Shown here: in pieces, positions 26,210-35,834 of the stretch
How positions within the stretch are numbered: the first letter of the stretch is position 1
Layout: each line of letters begins with the position of its first letter
Source of the DNA: a virus
Strand: one strand, 5' to 3'
DNA: 64,000 bases
IMG/VR virus record: IMGVR_UViG_3300028025_003904
Span: 32,001 to 96,000 of that record
The notes under the pieces: generated by a model
Told to the model about the DNA's origin: nothing
Database searches by the model: none
The model's input: the letters and a program-made list of their open reading frames with translations, nothing else
Made by a program: the position numbers and the translations under genes

Positions 26210-28245
26210 TAGTTTCCTGGTCTATATTTGAATTTTATACTAGTTTGCCATAATGCAGAATCTACTGTATGATTTACTTCTACTACTTGCAATAACCCTT
26301 TACTATCGTTAAATGGTAAATCCTCTATATTACATATTTTACCAACCGTAACACCTGATACTCCTAATGTTGTTATTTCTAATTCAATTGGTAGTAATGG
26401 ATTATTTTTTGTAGTACCACTATCCTTTCCAAAATAAAGATATTTTAATAATTGTGTATCTTTTACAGAAACTTTAAATCCATTTTTATCTGTTGGTACA
26501 TTAAATTCAAATTCATTGTGTTTATAACTTATAATAGTGCAATTTTCATCAACTACTCCACTAATTCCAGTCATACCTTCATATGCACCTTCTACTGCAC
26601 TAAATATTTTTTTAATACCTTCCCAAGATTTTTTAGCCAATTCAACCGCTTCATCTGCTAATTTGATTTGGTCTTTTGGAACTCCCGTGCCTCCTACAAT
26701 TGGTATTTTATCAGCTGATTCTTTGTATCCAAAACAATCACACTTATCTGGGTTGTATTCAAAAAATAAATTTTTACCAATTTCTCTATTTTTTTGGTCT
26801 CTATTTTGTGTCATAGCCATTGCTGCTATTTCTTTTGGTAAATCACTTACAAAATTTACACCCGTAATCGTTGTATTATCTCCAAATAAGTTTAATGTAG
26901 ATACCTTTGGTGGAGTTGGTGGAATTAATGAATAGTCTACAATGGTATATACCATTTTATTCTTATCTTTTGTGGAAGAAACTTGTGGAGCAAGGTCTGT
27001 TAAACCAGCTGATGCTTTATTTATTTCTGTACATAAATCCGCCAATATATCTTTTGAATTACCATTTGAATGTTTATTAAATAATTCCTCTAAAAATTCT
27101 TGCTTAACATAAATATTTTTTATATACCCCCATCGGCCAGCATCAAAGTTTACAACTCCCCCATCTATATCCCAACTAGTACCAGTTTGTTGTACATACG
27201 TTTGACCTTTTCCTCTATGCTTTATATCTTGTGTATTTAAAATATCTAATATCAATTTACCATCTGCCGATTTTGTTGGATTTGCTGCTTTTTCATTTGT
27301 AAAAATTATATTTTCCGAATTACTCAACATATTTGGGTGAGCACAAGCAATAGCTCTATCTATATCTACAATAAACGAATTTTTTTCGCCATTGTTTTTA
27401 TTTATTGTAAAACGGACAATCCATTCCATATCAATATAAATTGAGTCTGATGTGGAATCATATGATAAACCAGCTGCTTCAGCTAATAAAGATGTACCTT
27501 TTTCAACTATACCACGATTAGAATACCCATAGTTAATAAAATGGTCTCTAAACGCATTATAGTTTGATTTTAATTTTTTAAACTCCTCATCTGATAAATT
27601 AAATAAAGATGAAATTTTACCATCTAATTTTTCTTGTGTAGATGATGCGGTTGTTGAATCTTTATCTTTTACAGTATTTCCAAAAAATGCAGATATTTCA
27701 TTTTTACTACCTACTTTAAATATTACATCAACGGTTGCATCATCATTTACAGATATACTAAAATCCATAAGTGGTCCAACTATAATATCTTTTGAATTAC
27801 CAGCACTATTACAATATGTTCTCCATGCACTTACATCATCAACCAATTGTTTAGCCTGACCGCAAGTCAATGGTGATGCATCTTGTGGTGTACCATCTCT
27901 TTTCTTACTCCACCCCCAAACAATAGATTTTGCAGAACCTACTCTAAAAAAGTCCTGATATTGTTTTAGTTGACTCATTGATGCAAACTTAACAGTAACA
28001 CTACCTTCGCGTATTACACCAAGAGAACCTGTTGGTTTTATTTCCAAATTTGTTATTACAGGTGGAAACCTTTCAGTTCCTCTATTACTATATTCGTAAC
28101 TGGCGTTTGTACCGATTGTTTTATCTCCGTTATATTCGCTGAATAAAACAAATGGAGCAGCTCCGCTAAATAAAGTCCTTTCTACATTTTGAATTTTTTT
28201 CAAAATGTCTGACTCTAATGGTGTAAAAAATGGAAAACTATTCAT
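26209..28245 (-). CDS. Putative baseplate hub protein
   Basis: Follows the LysM-type gene; C-terminal LEITTLGVSG...QVVEVNHTV...WQTSI typical of hub proteins. Confidence 0.6.
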   Translation of the reverse strand: MNSFPFFTPLESDILKKIQNVERTLFSGAAPFVLFSEYNGDKTIGTNASYEYSNRGTERFPPVITNLEIKPTGSLGVIREGSVTVKFASMSQLKQYQDFFRVGSAKSIVWGWSKKRDGTPQDASPLTCGQAKQLVDDVSAWRTYCNSAGNSKDIIVGPLMDFSISVNDDATVDVIFKVGSKNEISAFFGNTVKDKDSTTASSTQEKLDGKISSLFNLSDEEFKKLKSNYNAFRDHFINYGYSNRGIVEKGTSLLAEAAGLSYDSTSDSIYIDMEWIVRFTINKNNGEKNSFIVDIDRAIACAHPNMLSNSENIIFTNEKAANPTKSADGKLILDILNTQDIKHRGKGQTYVQQTGTSWDIDGGVVNFDAGRWGYIKNIYVKQEFLEELFNKHSNGNSKDILADLCTEINKASAGLTDLAPQVSSTKDKNKMVYTIVDYSLIPPTPPKVSTLNLFGDNTTITGVNFVSDLPKEIAAMAMTQNRDQKNREIGKNLFFEYNPDKCDCFGYKESADKIPIVGGTGVPKDQIKLADEAVELAKKSWEGIKKIFSAVEGAYEGMTGISGVVDENCTIISYKHNEFEFNVPTDKNGFKVSVKDTQLLKYLYFGKDSGTTKNNPLLPIELEITTLGVSGVTVGKICNIEDLPFNDSKGLLQVVEVNHTVDSALWQTSIKFKYRPGN

Positions 28246-28246
28246 A

Positions 28247-28528
28247 TTAAAATTTTCTTGTAACCGATGATGCGTTGTTTGGGATTCTTAATTGTAATCC
28301 CGGTTCTAATTTTGTATCTATATCTGTAAGATTATTGTATGTTGCTATTACCCACCACAATTTAGAATCACCATAAAATTGATTTGCTAACAAATCTAAT
28401 CTGTCATCTTCTTCTGTTATTATTAAAATATCAGAATCAACTGGTTCTATATATGGCAATAATATAGAATTATATACTAATCCTTTAGCATTTTTGTATT
28501 CTACCGATAAATTACTATATCTTCCCAT
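28247..28528 (-). CDS. LysM/tail-X-like baseplate protein
   Basis: DRLDLLANQFYGDSKLWWVIA..N...PGLQLRIP. Confidence 0.85.
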   Translation of the reverse strand: MGRYSNLSVEYKNAKGLVYNSILLPYIEPVDSDILIITEEDDRLDLLANQFYGDSKLWWVIATYNNLTDIDTKLEPGLQLRIPNNASSVTRKF

Positions 28529-28538
28529 ATTTTTTTAA

Positions 28539-30986
28539 TTAATTTTGAGCATTATCAACGGCTCTTACTTTGAAAAGTTTATCTTTACCAAAAATATTCT
28601 TTTTCCAATCACCTGTTTTTGGGTCATATTCTTTCTGTTTTCCCCATTTTGGAGTCTGTACAGGTGAATCATTTGAACTTGGAGTTATTGCTTTGTTTAC
28701 TGTAAATGAATTAGATTCAGCTGCATTAGCTGTACCTAATGTGGGTGTGCTAGTTTGTTTCAAATAATCAGCTGCTGCATTTGTTTGTTGAATATCTGCA
28801 TTTGCTTCTAGTGTAGGTAAATCTGTTCTTGTTGAATTTAAATATTCTTCTGCTTTTTGTGTATCGTATAAATCATTATCTGCTTCTACAAATGTTTGAT
28901 ATGGAGACATTTCCCCAGCACCTTTTGGTGTAAATTCAAATTTATTTAAAGCAGTTTTAGGTAACTGAACCATATCTATTGTTGGCATAGATGGTCTAGG
29001 TGGTAGTTGTAAAGGTGGAAGTGGTATTCTACCTTCTTTTTCCAATGTACTATACAAATATCCAGGAGGAGTTATTCCATCATAAAAATTTTCTTTTCTT
29101 CCAACATTCAAAACTTTATATGTAAAATCCATTTCACACATAAATGGTGATTGTGATTTTTTTTGAATTTCCCATGGTGCATTATCCGGAACTGTCATTG
29201 TGCAATTAGTCAAAAATCCACTTTCTTCATTTATTAAATTGCCTATTTTCAATTTTAGTAATTTACCAAATATACCCTGATTTGTACCAAATCCAGATGG
29301 CTTTGTTAATTGCATTAATGCATTTACTTTTTTCCAAAGTTCTCCTAATTCAAGTTCGTTTGTAGCATATAATTGAACTTTAAATGATATTTCTCTTTCA
29401 AAACTTTCATAAAAATAAAACTTGTATGGAGAACCAATGCCTTTGGCTTCTGACCAATTAGGTGTAGGTGTATCTGTTAAACCTGTCAATGTTGACATTA
29501 ATTTTATTTCTACTCCTGATTTTCCTTCTATCAAAGTAAAAGATACTTGAATTAAATCATACCCTTTATCATTTAACGCGTCTTTTGATAAATTTCTATG
29601 CTCTTTGTTTATTTTACCAACTAAATTATCACCCGTTCTATTATCGTAACCTCCAAATAATCCAGTATTTACATCATTATCTTCATCATAAGCCATATCC
29701 GAAAATCTTTTTGGCTTATTTACATTAATTACATCTATAATTTTATACTCACCAGCTCTAGTATTACCAATTGGTGAATTTGTAACATTTAAAAATCCTT
29801 CTCTATCGTAATAAACTCCACCAAGTTCTACTTTGTCAGTTCGATATGTATTTAAACCCTCTGATTTTGATTGCAATACACTATTTGCTTTTGGAGAATT
29901 AAATCCTAATGTGGGAACACCATCTACATTATTTCGTTTAATAGCAAGATTATCTAAATCCTGTGTAGTAGCTAAATTTGTAGCATTTACTAAATAATCG
30001 TCCTTTTTGGTAAATGTATAAATTAAATTAGTATCATACAATCTCTTACCAGAATCAGTAACAAAAATATTTAATTTTGCATTATATCTACGAGATGAAT
30101 TAGCGTTATATATTATACTTTGTGGGTTTATATTTTCTACTAAATTACCACGAAGATGTTTTGGAACTCCTGGATTATTTTCCGTAACCCCATATAAAGT
30201 ACCATCGTATATTTGGCCAATATTTGGCTTTCTTGCAAATTGAGATTGGTTAAAATTTACACCATTCTGTGGATTAGTATATCCGTTAGATTTATCAAAC
30301 TTGTAATTTACTTTTTGACCATTTACTAACCCATCAACATACATAGATGGATACATAGTTTGCTCTCTTTTAACTCCACCTACAATTCCACCTAATAATG
30401 TAGGTTCTTCGGTACCCTGTTTTCCAATTCCCAATTGATTTGCAACACCACCTACTTTTTTCGAAGCATAATCTGCTATAACACTTGTTGCTGCAGGTCC
30501 TATGTTTTGTATATATTGTGTTGGAGTGGCAAATGAACTTAAAAAATTACCAACTGCGGTTTTTTTGTTTTCAACACCACCAGTTAGCATATCAGTATAT
30601 AGGCCTTTTGTGGTAGATGTTCCTTCAATTAAATCACTTGGTAATTGTGGTTTAATAGTTTCATTTAATTTGTTATTTAGAAAACTACCAGCACTTTTAC
30701 CAATACCACCAAGTTTACCTAATCCTTTTTCAATTAAATTACCAGCTACTTTTAATGATTTTTGTTTTAATTTTTTTGTATCTACTTTACCTTGTGTAAG
30801 AATACGCACCGAATCCGTACCATATATAGTTGGTATGTTTTCAACAAGGTTTTTTAATTGCTTTACATCGTTTGAAAATTTATCATTTGGCTTTGGAGAA
30901 AGCATATCTGATTTAACATTTCTAGGATTTAAATTATTATCCTGAAAATTGTGTTCGTTCAATAAATCTCTTAATGCTTTTCCCAT
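28539..30986 (-). CDS. Putative tail tube initiator/baseplate protein
   Basis: Follows the tape measure; LTDTPTPNW...Y..FEREISF...LKIGNL...PWEI tube-like domain. Confidence 0.55.
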   Translation of the reverse strand: MGKALRDLLNEHNFQDNNLNPRNVKSDMLSPKPNDKFSNDVKQLKNLVENIPTIYGTDSVRILTQGKVDTKKLKQKSLKVAGNLIEKGLGKLGGIGKSAGSFLNNKLNETIKPQLPSDLIEGTSTTKGLYTDMLTGGVENKKTAVGNFLSSFATPTQYIQNIGPAATSVIADYASKKVGGVANQLGIGKQGTEEPTLLGGIVGGVKREQTMYPSMYVDGLVNGQKVNYKFDKSNGYTNPQNGVNFNQSQFARKPNIGQIYDGTLYGVTENNPGVPKHLRGNLVENINPQSIIYNANSSRRYNAKLNIFVTDSGKRLYDTNLIYTFTKKDDYLVNATNLATTQDLDNLAIKRNNVDGVPTLGFNSPKANSVLQSKSEGLNTYRTDKVELGGVYYDREGFLNVTNSPIGNTRAGEYKIIDVINVNKPKRFSDMAYDEDNDVNTGLFGGYDNRTGDNLVGKINKEHRNLSKDALNDKGYDLIQVSFTLIEGKSGVEIKLMSTLTGLTDTPTPNWSEAKGIGSPYKFYFYESFEREISFKVQLYATNELELGELWKKVNALMQLTKPSGFGTNQGIFGKLLKLKIGNLINEESGFLTNCTMTVPDNAPWEIQKKSQSPFMCEMDFTYKVLNVGRKENFYDGITPPGYLYSTLEKEGRIPLPPLQLPPRPSMPTIDMVQLPKTALNKFEFTPKGAGEMSPYQTFVEADNDLYDTQKAEEYLNSTRTDLPTLEANADIQQTNAAADYLKQTSTPTLGTANAAESNSFTVNKAITPSSNDSPVQTPKWGKQKEYDPKTGDWKKNIFGKDKLFKVRAVDNAQN

Positions 30987-30990
30987 TTAA

Positions 30991-33693
30991 TTATCCTTGA
31001 CTATTATTTTTAATATTTTGAACATGTCCTTTGTAAATTTGTCTACTATCCAAACTAACAACAACCGCCAAGTTTTTAATATCTGCCCTTAAACCTCTAA
31101 TTTCTTCTATCAATCCACCATCTCCACCGTCACCACCGGAGGAATTACCACCTAACATTACATCACCACCCAATGCCATAAATCCACCAACTGCTAACAA
31201 ACCAGGAAGTGCCAAAAGAGATGCTCCGGCAAAGGCCATTAACGATGCTGATAATGCAGCAAAGCCACCTGCCATTGCAAGTAATCCTAATGCAGAATCA
31301 ATTGATAATAATGGTAATAACGCCGTCATCATAGATGTTATACTACCTACAATTACTGAAATACCAGTTGCTATTGATGTTATAACACTCGTTATAACTA
31401 CACCAATTGCTTGGATTGCTGGAGTCATTAAACTTAATCCATATCCAAATGCAACAAATGCACCTGCTAGTGCAAGTATAACCCCAACACCTAACAATCC
31501 AAAAGTTCCTGCGGTTGCTCCAAATGATACCAATGCAGGTCCTAATAAATTTAATCCAGCTGCTGCGGATGATGCAGCTAATCCGAATAACCCCATCCCA
31601 ATTGCACCAGGTATCATAAGTATAAATGCACCTGCGGTTGCTGCTAATGTACCAACTGCGAGAAGTGGAACTGTTGCAAATGATAACAAACCAACTGCCA
31701 ATTTAGATAAACCCTTACCAGCCGTTGCTCCAAATGCACCAACTGCCATCATACCAGGTGTACCCAATGATAATAATAATAAAGCAGGACCTGCCAATGC
31801 AGTATTTAATATACCCATACTAACACCCGGCTTCCCCATAGCTTGAAAACCTTTGGCCATTTGTGTTTGTTGATTTGTGGAACTTTTACTTGGAGGTGTA
31901 GTTGGTGTTATAGCTCCGCCTTTTCCTAAATTTTTAATTGTTTTTATTTCTTTGGTATCCGTTATACCACCAAAACCTTGAAACCCCTTTCCAGTAAGCA
32001 ATCCCCCAACTCCTTTTGCAGCATCTTTTAAAAAACTAAATCCTTCTTTGGCATCTGCAACTTGAGATTTAAAGTCTTTCATACCAATCAACATACCACC
32101 AATACCTTTAACAGCAGTTCCGGTTATACCAGCTCCCATTTCTCTTACCGTAGCGGTAATTGAGTTAAATGAACCTTCTAATTGTCCAACTGGTGTTAAT
32201 GCTTTTTTCTCATTTGCAACCATTTGCATTAATTCAGCATTAGATACACCAATAGCCTTTGCCAAAGCTGCTCTTTCAACTGGACCCATTGCTTCTAATT
32301 CTGCCAAAGTACCAGCAGCCTCTATTGCCGCTTTCATTGCTCCAGCACTATCACCTGCAAATGCCAACTCTCTTGCTTTATTTAAATTTATATTTTTACC
32401 TATTATAACAGATGCTTCCATTTCGGCGGCTACTGATGATTGGTAATCTAATAAACCATCACTTATCTTTGAAGCCGTTGCTAAATCAACACCCAATCTA
32501 CGAGCTTGTACTGCTGCTTCCGCTATGTTACTCCCACCATTTTTTGAGTATAATGCAAAGAACTCTGTGTTTTCTGCAATATCTTTCATTACACCCGCAG
32601 GAGCTACACCATTAGCTGATGCCAATTGGGATGCAGCTTCTAACGTATTCATTGCAAATTCAGATGAACGACCTGATAGATTACCAAACTGATTTACTAA
32701 TGTAGCCGCTTCTTCCCCACTAACACCCAATCTACCAGTCAATGCACCAACACCAAGACTCAATTTAAGTGTTACATCGTTTGCATCACCCAATTTTTCA
32801 GCTAAAGATGTTACACCTTTTGCTGCATCATCACCCAATAGTTTTGATACTAAAAATGATTGAGATTTTAGTTGGAACATTTGACCAACAGTACCACCAA
32901 CACTTTTAGATAAATCATTAAAATCGTCTACCAATCCACCAATGTATATCAATGACATACCAGCCATATTCTTAAACGATGAAAAGAATACCTCAATGGT
33001 GGCTGCTATTTTTTTAAATTGTGTGTTTAAATTATTTAAATCACCATAAACATCACTATAAATATCTTTAATTTCTTTCGATGTATTTGCAATCGAATTT
33101 GCTTCTAATACTATATTTTTTAATGCCCCAATTTGTTTTTGTAAATTTTGAAATGTTTCGTTTTCTTTACCATTTATCAATGCATATGCATCGGCTTGGG
33201 TTTGTAGTAAATTTAAAGATTTTTCAATTTCATTATTTTGTATGCTACGTTCTAAAGTATCCTCTTTATTTAGTGAAGATAATTCAGTAGCTAATGATAG
33301 GGTTTGGTTATATGTTGATGCAAAAGCTGTTAATTCTGCTTTCTTTGCACCAGAGGCGGCTTTGGCAGATGCAGTTAATTTTTGTGAAATGGATAATGTA
33401 TCCATCATTCTACTCTTAAACCCGCTTAATGAATCTGGTATTTGTTTATAAACATCTGCTAAACTTTTAGTTTCTTGTAATTGTTTAGTTTGTTTATCTA
33501 ATACTAAATTTTGAGCATTTCGTATTTTTTTAAAAGCAGATATTGTTTTATTTAATTCAGAATTTATATTGGATATAGCAGTAGATTGGTCACCCAAAGT
33601 AGATGACAATCCTTTTTTGATTGCATCCAACTCTGTTTGGAAATCTCGTATTTGTTTTACGAGTTTTTCTACATCTTGATTTTGCTTTGCCAT
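30991..33693 (-). CDS. Tape measure protein
   Basis: 900 aa, helical and Ala/Gly-rich with hydrophobic C-terminal repeats; downstream of tube and chaperone genes. Confidence 0.85.
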   Translation of the reverse strand: MAKQNQDVEKLVKQIRDFQTELDAIKKGLSSTLGDQSTAISNINSELNKTISAFKKIRNAQNLVLDKQTKQLQETKSLADVYKQIPDSLSGFKSRMMDTLSISQKLTASAKAASGAKKAELTAFASTYNQTLSLATELSSLNKEDTLERSIQNNEIEKSLNLLQTQADAYALINGKENETFQNLQKQIGALKNIVLEANSIANTSKEIKDIYSDVYGDLNNLNTQFKKIAATIEVFFSSFKNMAGMSLIYIGGLVDDFNDLSKSVGGTVGQMFQLKSQSFLVSKLLGDDAAKGVTSLAEKLGDANDVTLKLSLGVGALTGRLGVSGEEAATLVNQFGNLSGRSSEFAMNTLEAASQLASANGVAPAGVMKDIAENTEFFALYSKNGGSNIAEAAVQARRLGVDLATASKISDGLLDYQSSVAAEMEASVIIGKNINLNKARELAFAGDSAGAMKAAIEAAGTLAELEAMGPVERAALAKAIGVSNAELMQMVANEKKALTPVGQLEGSFNSITATVREMGAGITGTAVKGIGGMLIGMKDFKSQVADAKEGFSFLKDAAKGVGGLLTGKGFQGFGGITDTKEIKTIKNLGKGGAITPTTPPSKSSTNQQTQMAKGFQAMGKPGVSMGILNTALAGPALLLLSLGTPGMMAVGAFGATAGKGLSKLAVGLLSFATVPLLAVGTLAATAGAFILMIPGAIGMGLFGLAASSAAAGLNLLGPALVSFGATAGTFGLLGVGVILALAGAFVAFGYGLSLMTPAIQAIGVVITSVITSIATGISVIVGSITSMMTALLPLLSIDSALGLLAMAGGFAALSASLMAFAGASLLALPGLLAVGGFMALGGDVMLGGNSSGGDGGDGGLIEEIRGLRADIKNLAVVVSLDSRQIYKGHVQNIKNNSQG

Positions 33694-33699
33694 TTATTA

Positions 33700-33903
33700 T
33701 TAAAATCCGTGCTTTTTCATTATACTACGAAATTCTTCGTTTTCATCACTCATACGTTTCATAGCATTTACCACTTCAACTGGTGCTCCCGCTTTTTTAG
33801 CTGCTGCTGCATATCTATCAGCTACACCTTGTTGTAATCCTTTGAAAAAATTATCAACAATTTTTACTAAAATTCCTTCTTTTAGTTGTTTTTTATTATC
33901 CAT
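33700..33903 (-). CDS. Hypothetical protein
   Basis: 67 aa; late-type motif at 33923-33931; LKEG N-terminus. Confidence 0.7.
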   Translation of the reverse strand: MDNKKQLKEGILVKIVDNFFKGLQQGVADRYAAAAKKAGAPVEVVNAMKRMSDENEEFRSIMKKHGF

Positions 33904-33940
33904 AATACTAGATTTATTCTTATATAAATATCCATAAACA

Positions 33941-33971
33941 AAAAAAGTTAGGATTTTATCTCCTAACTTTA
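33941..33971 (-). terminator. Intrinsic terminator
   Basis: AAAGTTAGGA/TCCTAACTTT inverted repeat with U tract, overlapping the stop of 33956-34171. Confidence 0.65.
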
Positions 33972-34160
33972 CTATTTGCTTTACTGATTTGCTCTTGTTC
34001 TGCTTTTTTAATTTTCATTAAATTATTCACATACAACCTTCTTATATGTAGTGGTAGATTATAAACATCCGAAAATGTAAATCCACCACTACTACCCATT
34101 ATCAAAAAGAATATCTCTTCGTGTAGCTTTAAACTATAATCAGTTGGAAGGGTAAAAAAA
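33956..34160 (-). CDS. Tail assembly chaperone C-terminal extension (gp51-like), probably reached by frameshift
   Basis: LHEEIFFL...GGFTFSDVYNLPLHIRRLY; no ATG near its 5' end; overlaps the upstream gene across a T7 run. Confidence 0.7.
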
Positions 34161-34976
34161 GTTAATCCCAAACGGGATGTCTAGCGCCTCCTCTTCGCCT
34201 GTGATTTCAGAAACAAAATCGTATTTAAGGTTCAAATCCGGTGAGATTGTTTTTACATATTCCCTAAATGCTCTAGTATCTTTTGCTAACATATTTTTAG
34301 CAAATCTACCAATATTTCCTCTATCAGTATCACCATCAACAGATACAATCATATATTTTAAACGAGTAGATACATCGGATGAATTATCTTTGTTTTTAGA
34401 TAATCTTTCCATTGCTTGTGTTTCTGCGTTTATATCTTTTTCATCTTTGTGAGTTAATAACTTAAATGTTATTTTCTTTTTACTTAATGGTAATTCTAAT
34501 TCATAACGATTTTCTGGATTAAGAATTGATAAATCAATATCTTTTGTTTGTATTTCCGATAAATCAATTACTACTTTTTGTTTTTCACCACTAAATGGGT
34601 CTGTAACCTCTACATCATAATCAGGTCCATATCCTAATACACGAGTTGCTAAAAATACAGCGTTCTTATCACCGATAACCAAATCATCTGGATTTACACC
34701 CAACTGAACTACTACCGATTCAAATAGTTTATCTAACACCACACCTTTACGGATTAGATTTTGAGAAGAAAGTATATCTTCTTCCTTTGCTGTCATATAT
34801 TTAATTTCCAAAGTTCCTTTACTTAAAGGATTTCCTACTGCATAACACTTACCTTCCGATGGTAATGAAATGATTTGAGTTGGAAAATCAAATGTTTTTA
34901 CTGGTGTTGGTTGTTCTGTTTTAGGTTGCGTTTTTATTGGTTGCGAACCTCTTGAAATGTTTAATTCTTCTTCCAT
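34140..34976 (-). CDS. Tail/baseplate hub assembly chaperone (T4 gp26-like)
   Basis: LPSEGKCY, YMTAKEEDIL, GDKNA...R..GYG and IPFGINFF motifs; between tube and tape measure. Confidence 0.8.
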   Translation of the reverse strand: MEEELNISRGSQPIKTQPKTEQPTPVKTFDFPTQIISLPSEGKCYAVGNPLSKGTLEIKYMTAKEEDILSSQNLIRKGVVLDKLFESVVVQLGVNPDDLVIGDKNAVFLATRVLGYGPDYDVEVTDPFSGEKQKVVIDLSEIQTKDIDLSILNPENRYELELPLSKKKITFKLLTHKDEKDINAETQAMERLSKNKDNSSDVSTRLKYMIVSVDGDTDRGNIGRFAKNMLAKDTRAFREYVKTISPDLNLKYDFVSEITGEEEALDIPFGINFFYPSN

Positions 34977-34978
34977 AA

Positions 34979-35206
34979 CTATAATAAATTGTTGTTGTTT
35001 ATTCCTATTCTTCTAATACAATCCGGTCTTGCACATAGTTCGTTTGGTAAATTGCCACAAGAACATTTATTCTCATCTATGTGAGATGAAAACTTTTGTA
35101 CACTATCCAAAAGTAATCCTTTAGTTTGAGCAGGTTGTTGCTCTTTGAGTAAATCTCTAATTTCAGTTAATAGAGATTTTATTATTGCAAATTGTCCTAA
35201 TTCCAT
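34979..35206 (-). CDS. Hypothetical protein with C-terminal Cys cluster (start likely 35206)
   Basis: CSCG....LCARPDC; late-type motif at 35224-35232. Confidence 0.6.
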   Translation of the reverse strand: MELGQFAIIKSLLTEIRDLLKEQQPAQTKGLLLDSVQKFSSHIDENKCSCGNLPNELCARPDCIRRIGINNNNLL

Positions 35207-35240
35207 AACATTATTTTTGTATATATAAATATACCAAAAC

Positions 35241-35271
35241 AAAAAAAGTGTGTAAAAAATTACACACTTTT
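35241..35271 (-). terminator. Intrinsic terminator after the tail tube gene
   Basis: AAAAGTGTGTAA/TTACACACTTTT inverted repeat with U tract. Confidence 0.75.
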
Positions 35272-35295
35272 CTTAAATTTTTAATTTTGTTAATA

Positions 35296-35784
35296 TTAGT
35301 ATTCTAATACACAATAATCTACTGATAAAGTGATTGTGATGTTTACGGGGTCATTCGAACTCCAATCCATTTCACCAAATTCAGCTGATGCAATAAATGC
35401 TCCAACTAATTTCCAGTTTTCAATTTTATCACCAACAGGTCCTAATGCGTAGATGTCAATATTTTTCTTATAGAAATCTGAATAACCATCACGACCAGTA
35501 ATAGATTCGTGCGAAGTTCTAATCCATTCCATTACCGCCTGTGCTCCAGATGGAACAATTGGGTCATATAATGTGATAGTTAAATCATCCCAGTTAGATT
35601 TTCCTTTTATCTTACGTTTTACGTTGATATGGTCCAATGTGATAGTTTCACTTGTATATTTTGGTCTATTAGCTGCTTTTATCATAAATGATGGGATACC
35701 ATCCACTTCCATTACGAAACGTTGAGCTAATTTAGGTTCAAAATTAGTATAGAACATTTTATCAAACCCTAATACTTCTGCCAT
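35296..35784 (-). CDS. Tail tube protein (gp19-like)
   Basis: FEPK...RF, ITLYDP, VMEW and W.L.GAF motifs; directly after the sheath. Confidence 0.9.
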   Translation of the reverse strand: MAEVLGFDKMFYTNFEPKLAQRFVMEVDGIPSFMIKAANRPKYTSETITLDHINVKRKIKGKSNWDDLTITLYDPIVPSGAQAVMEWIRTSHESITGRDGYSDFYKKNIDIYALGPVGDKIENWKLVGAFIASAEFGEMDWSSNDPVNITITLSVDYCVLEY

Positions 35785-35834
35785 TTTTTATTTCTCCTTA
35801 TATCTTTTATATAAATATATCTTTTTTAAATTTA

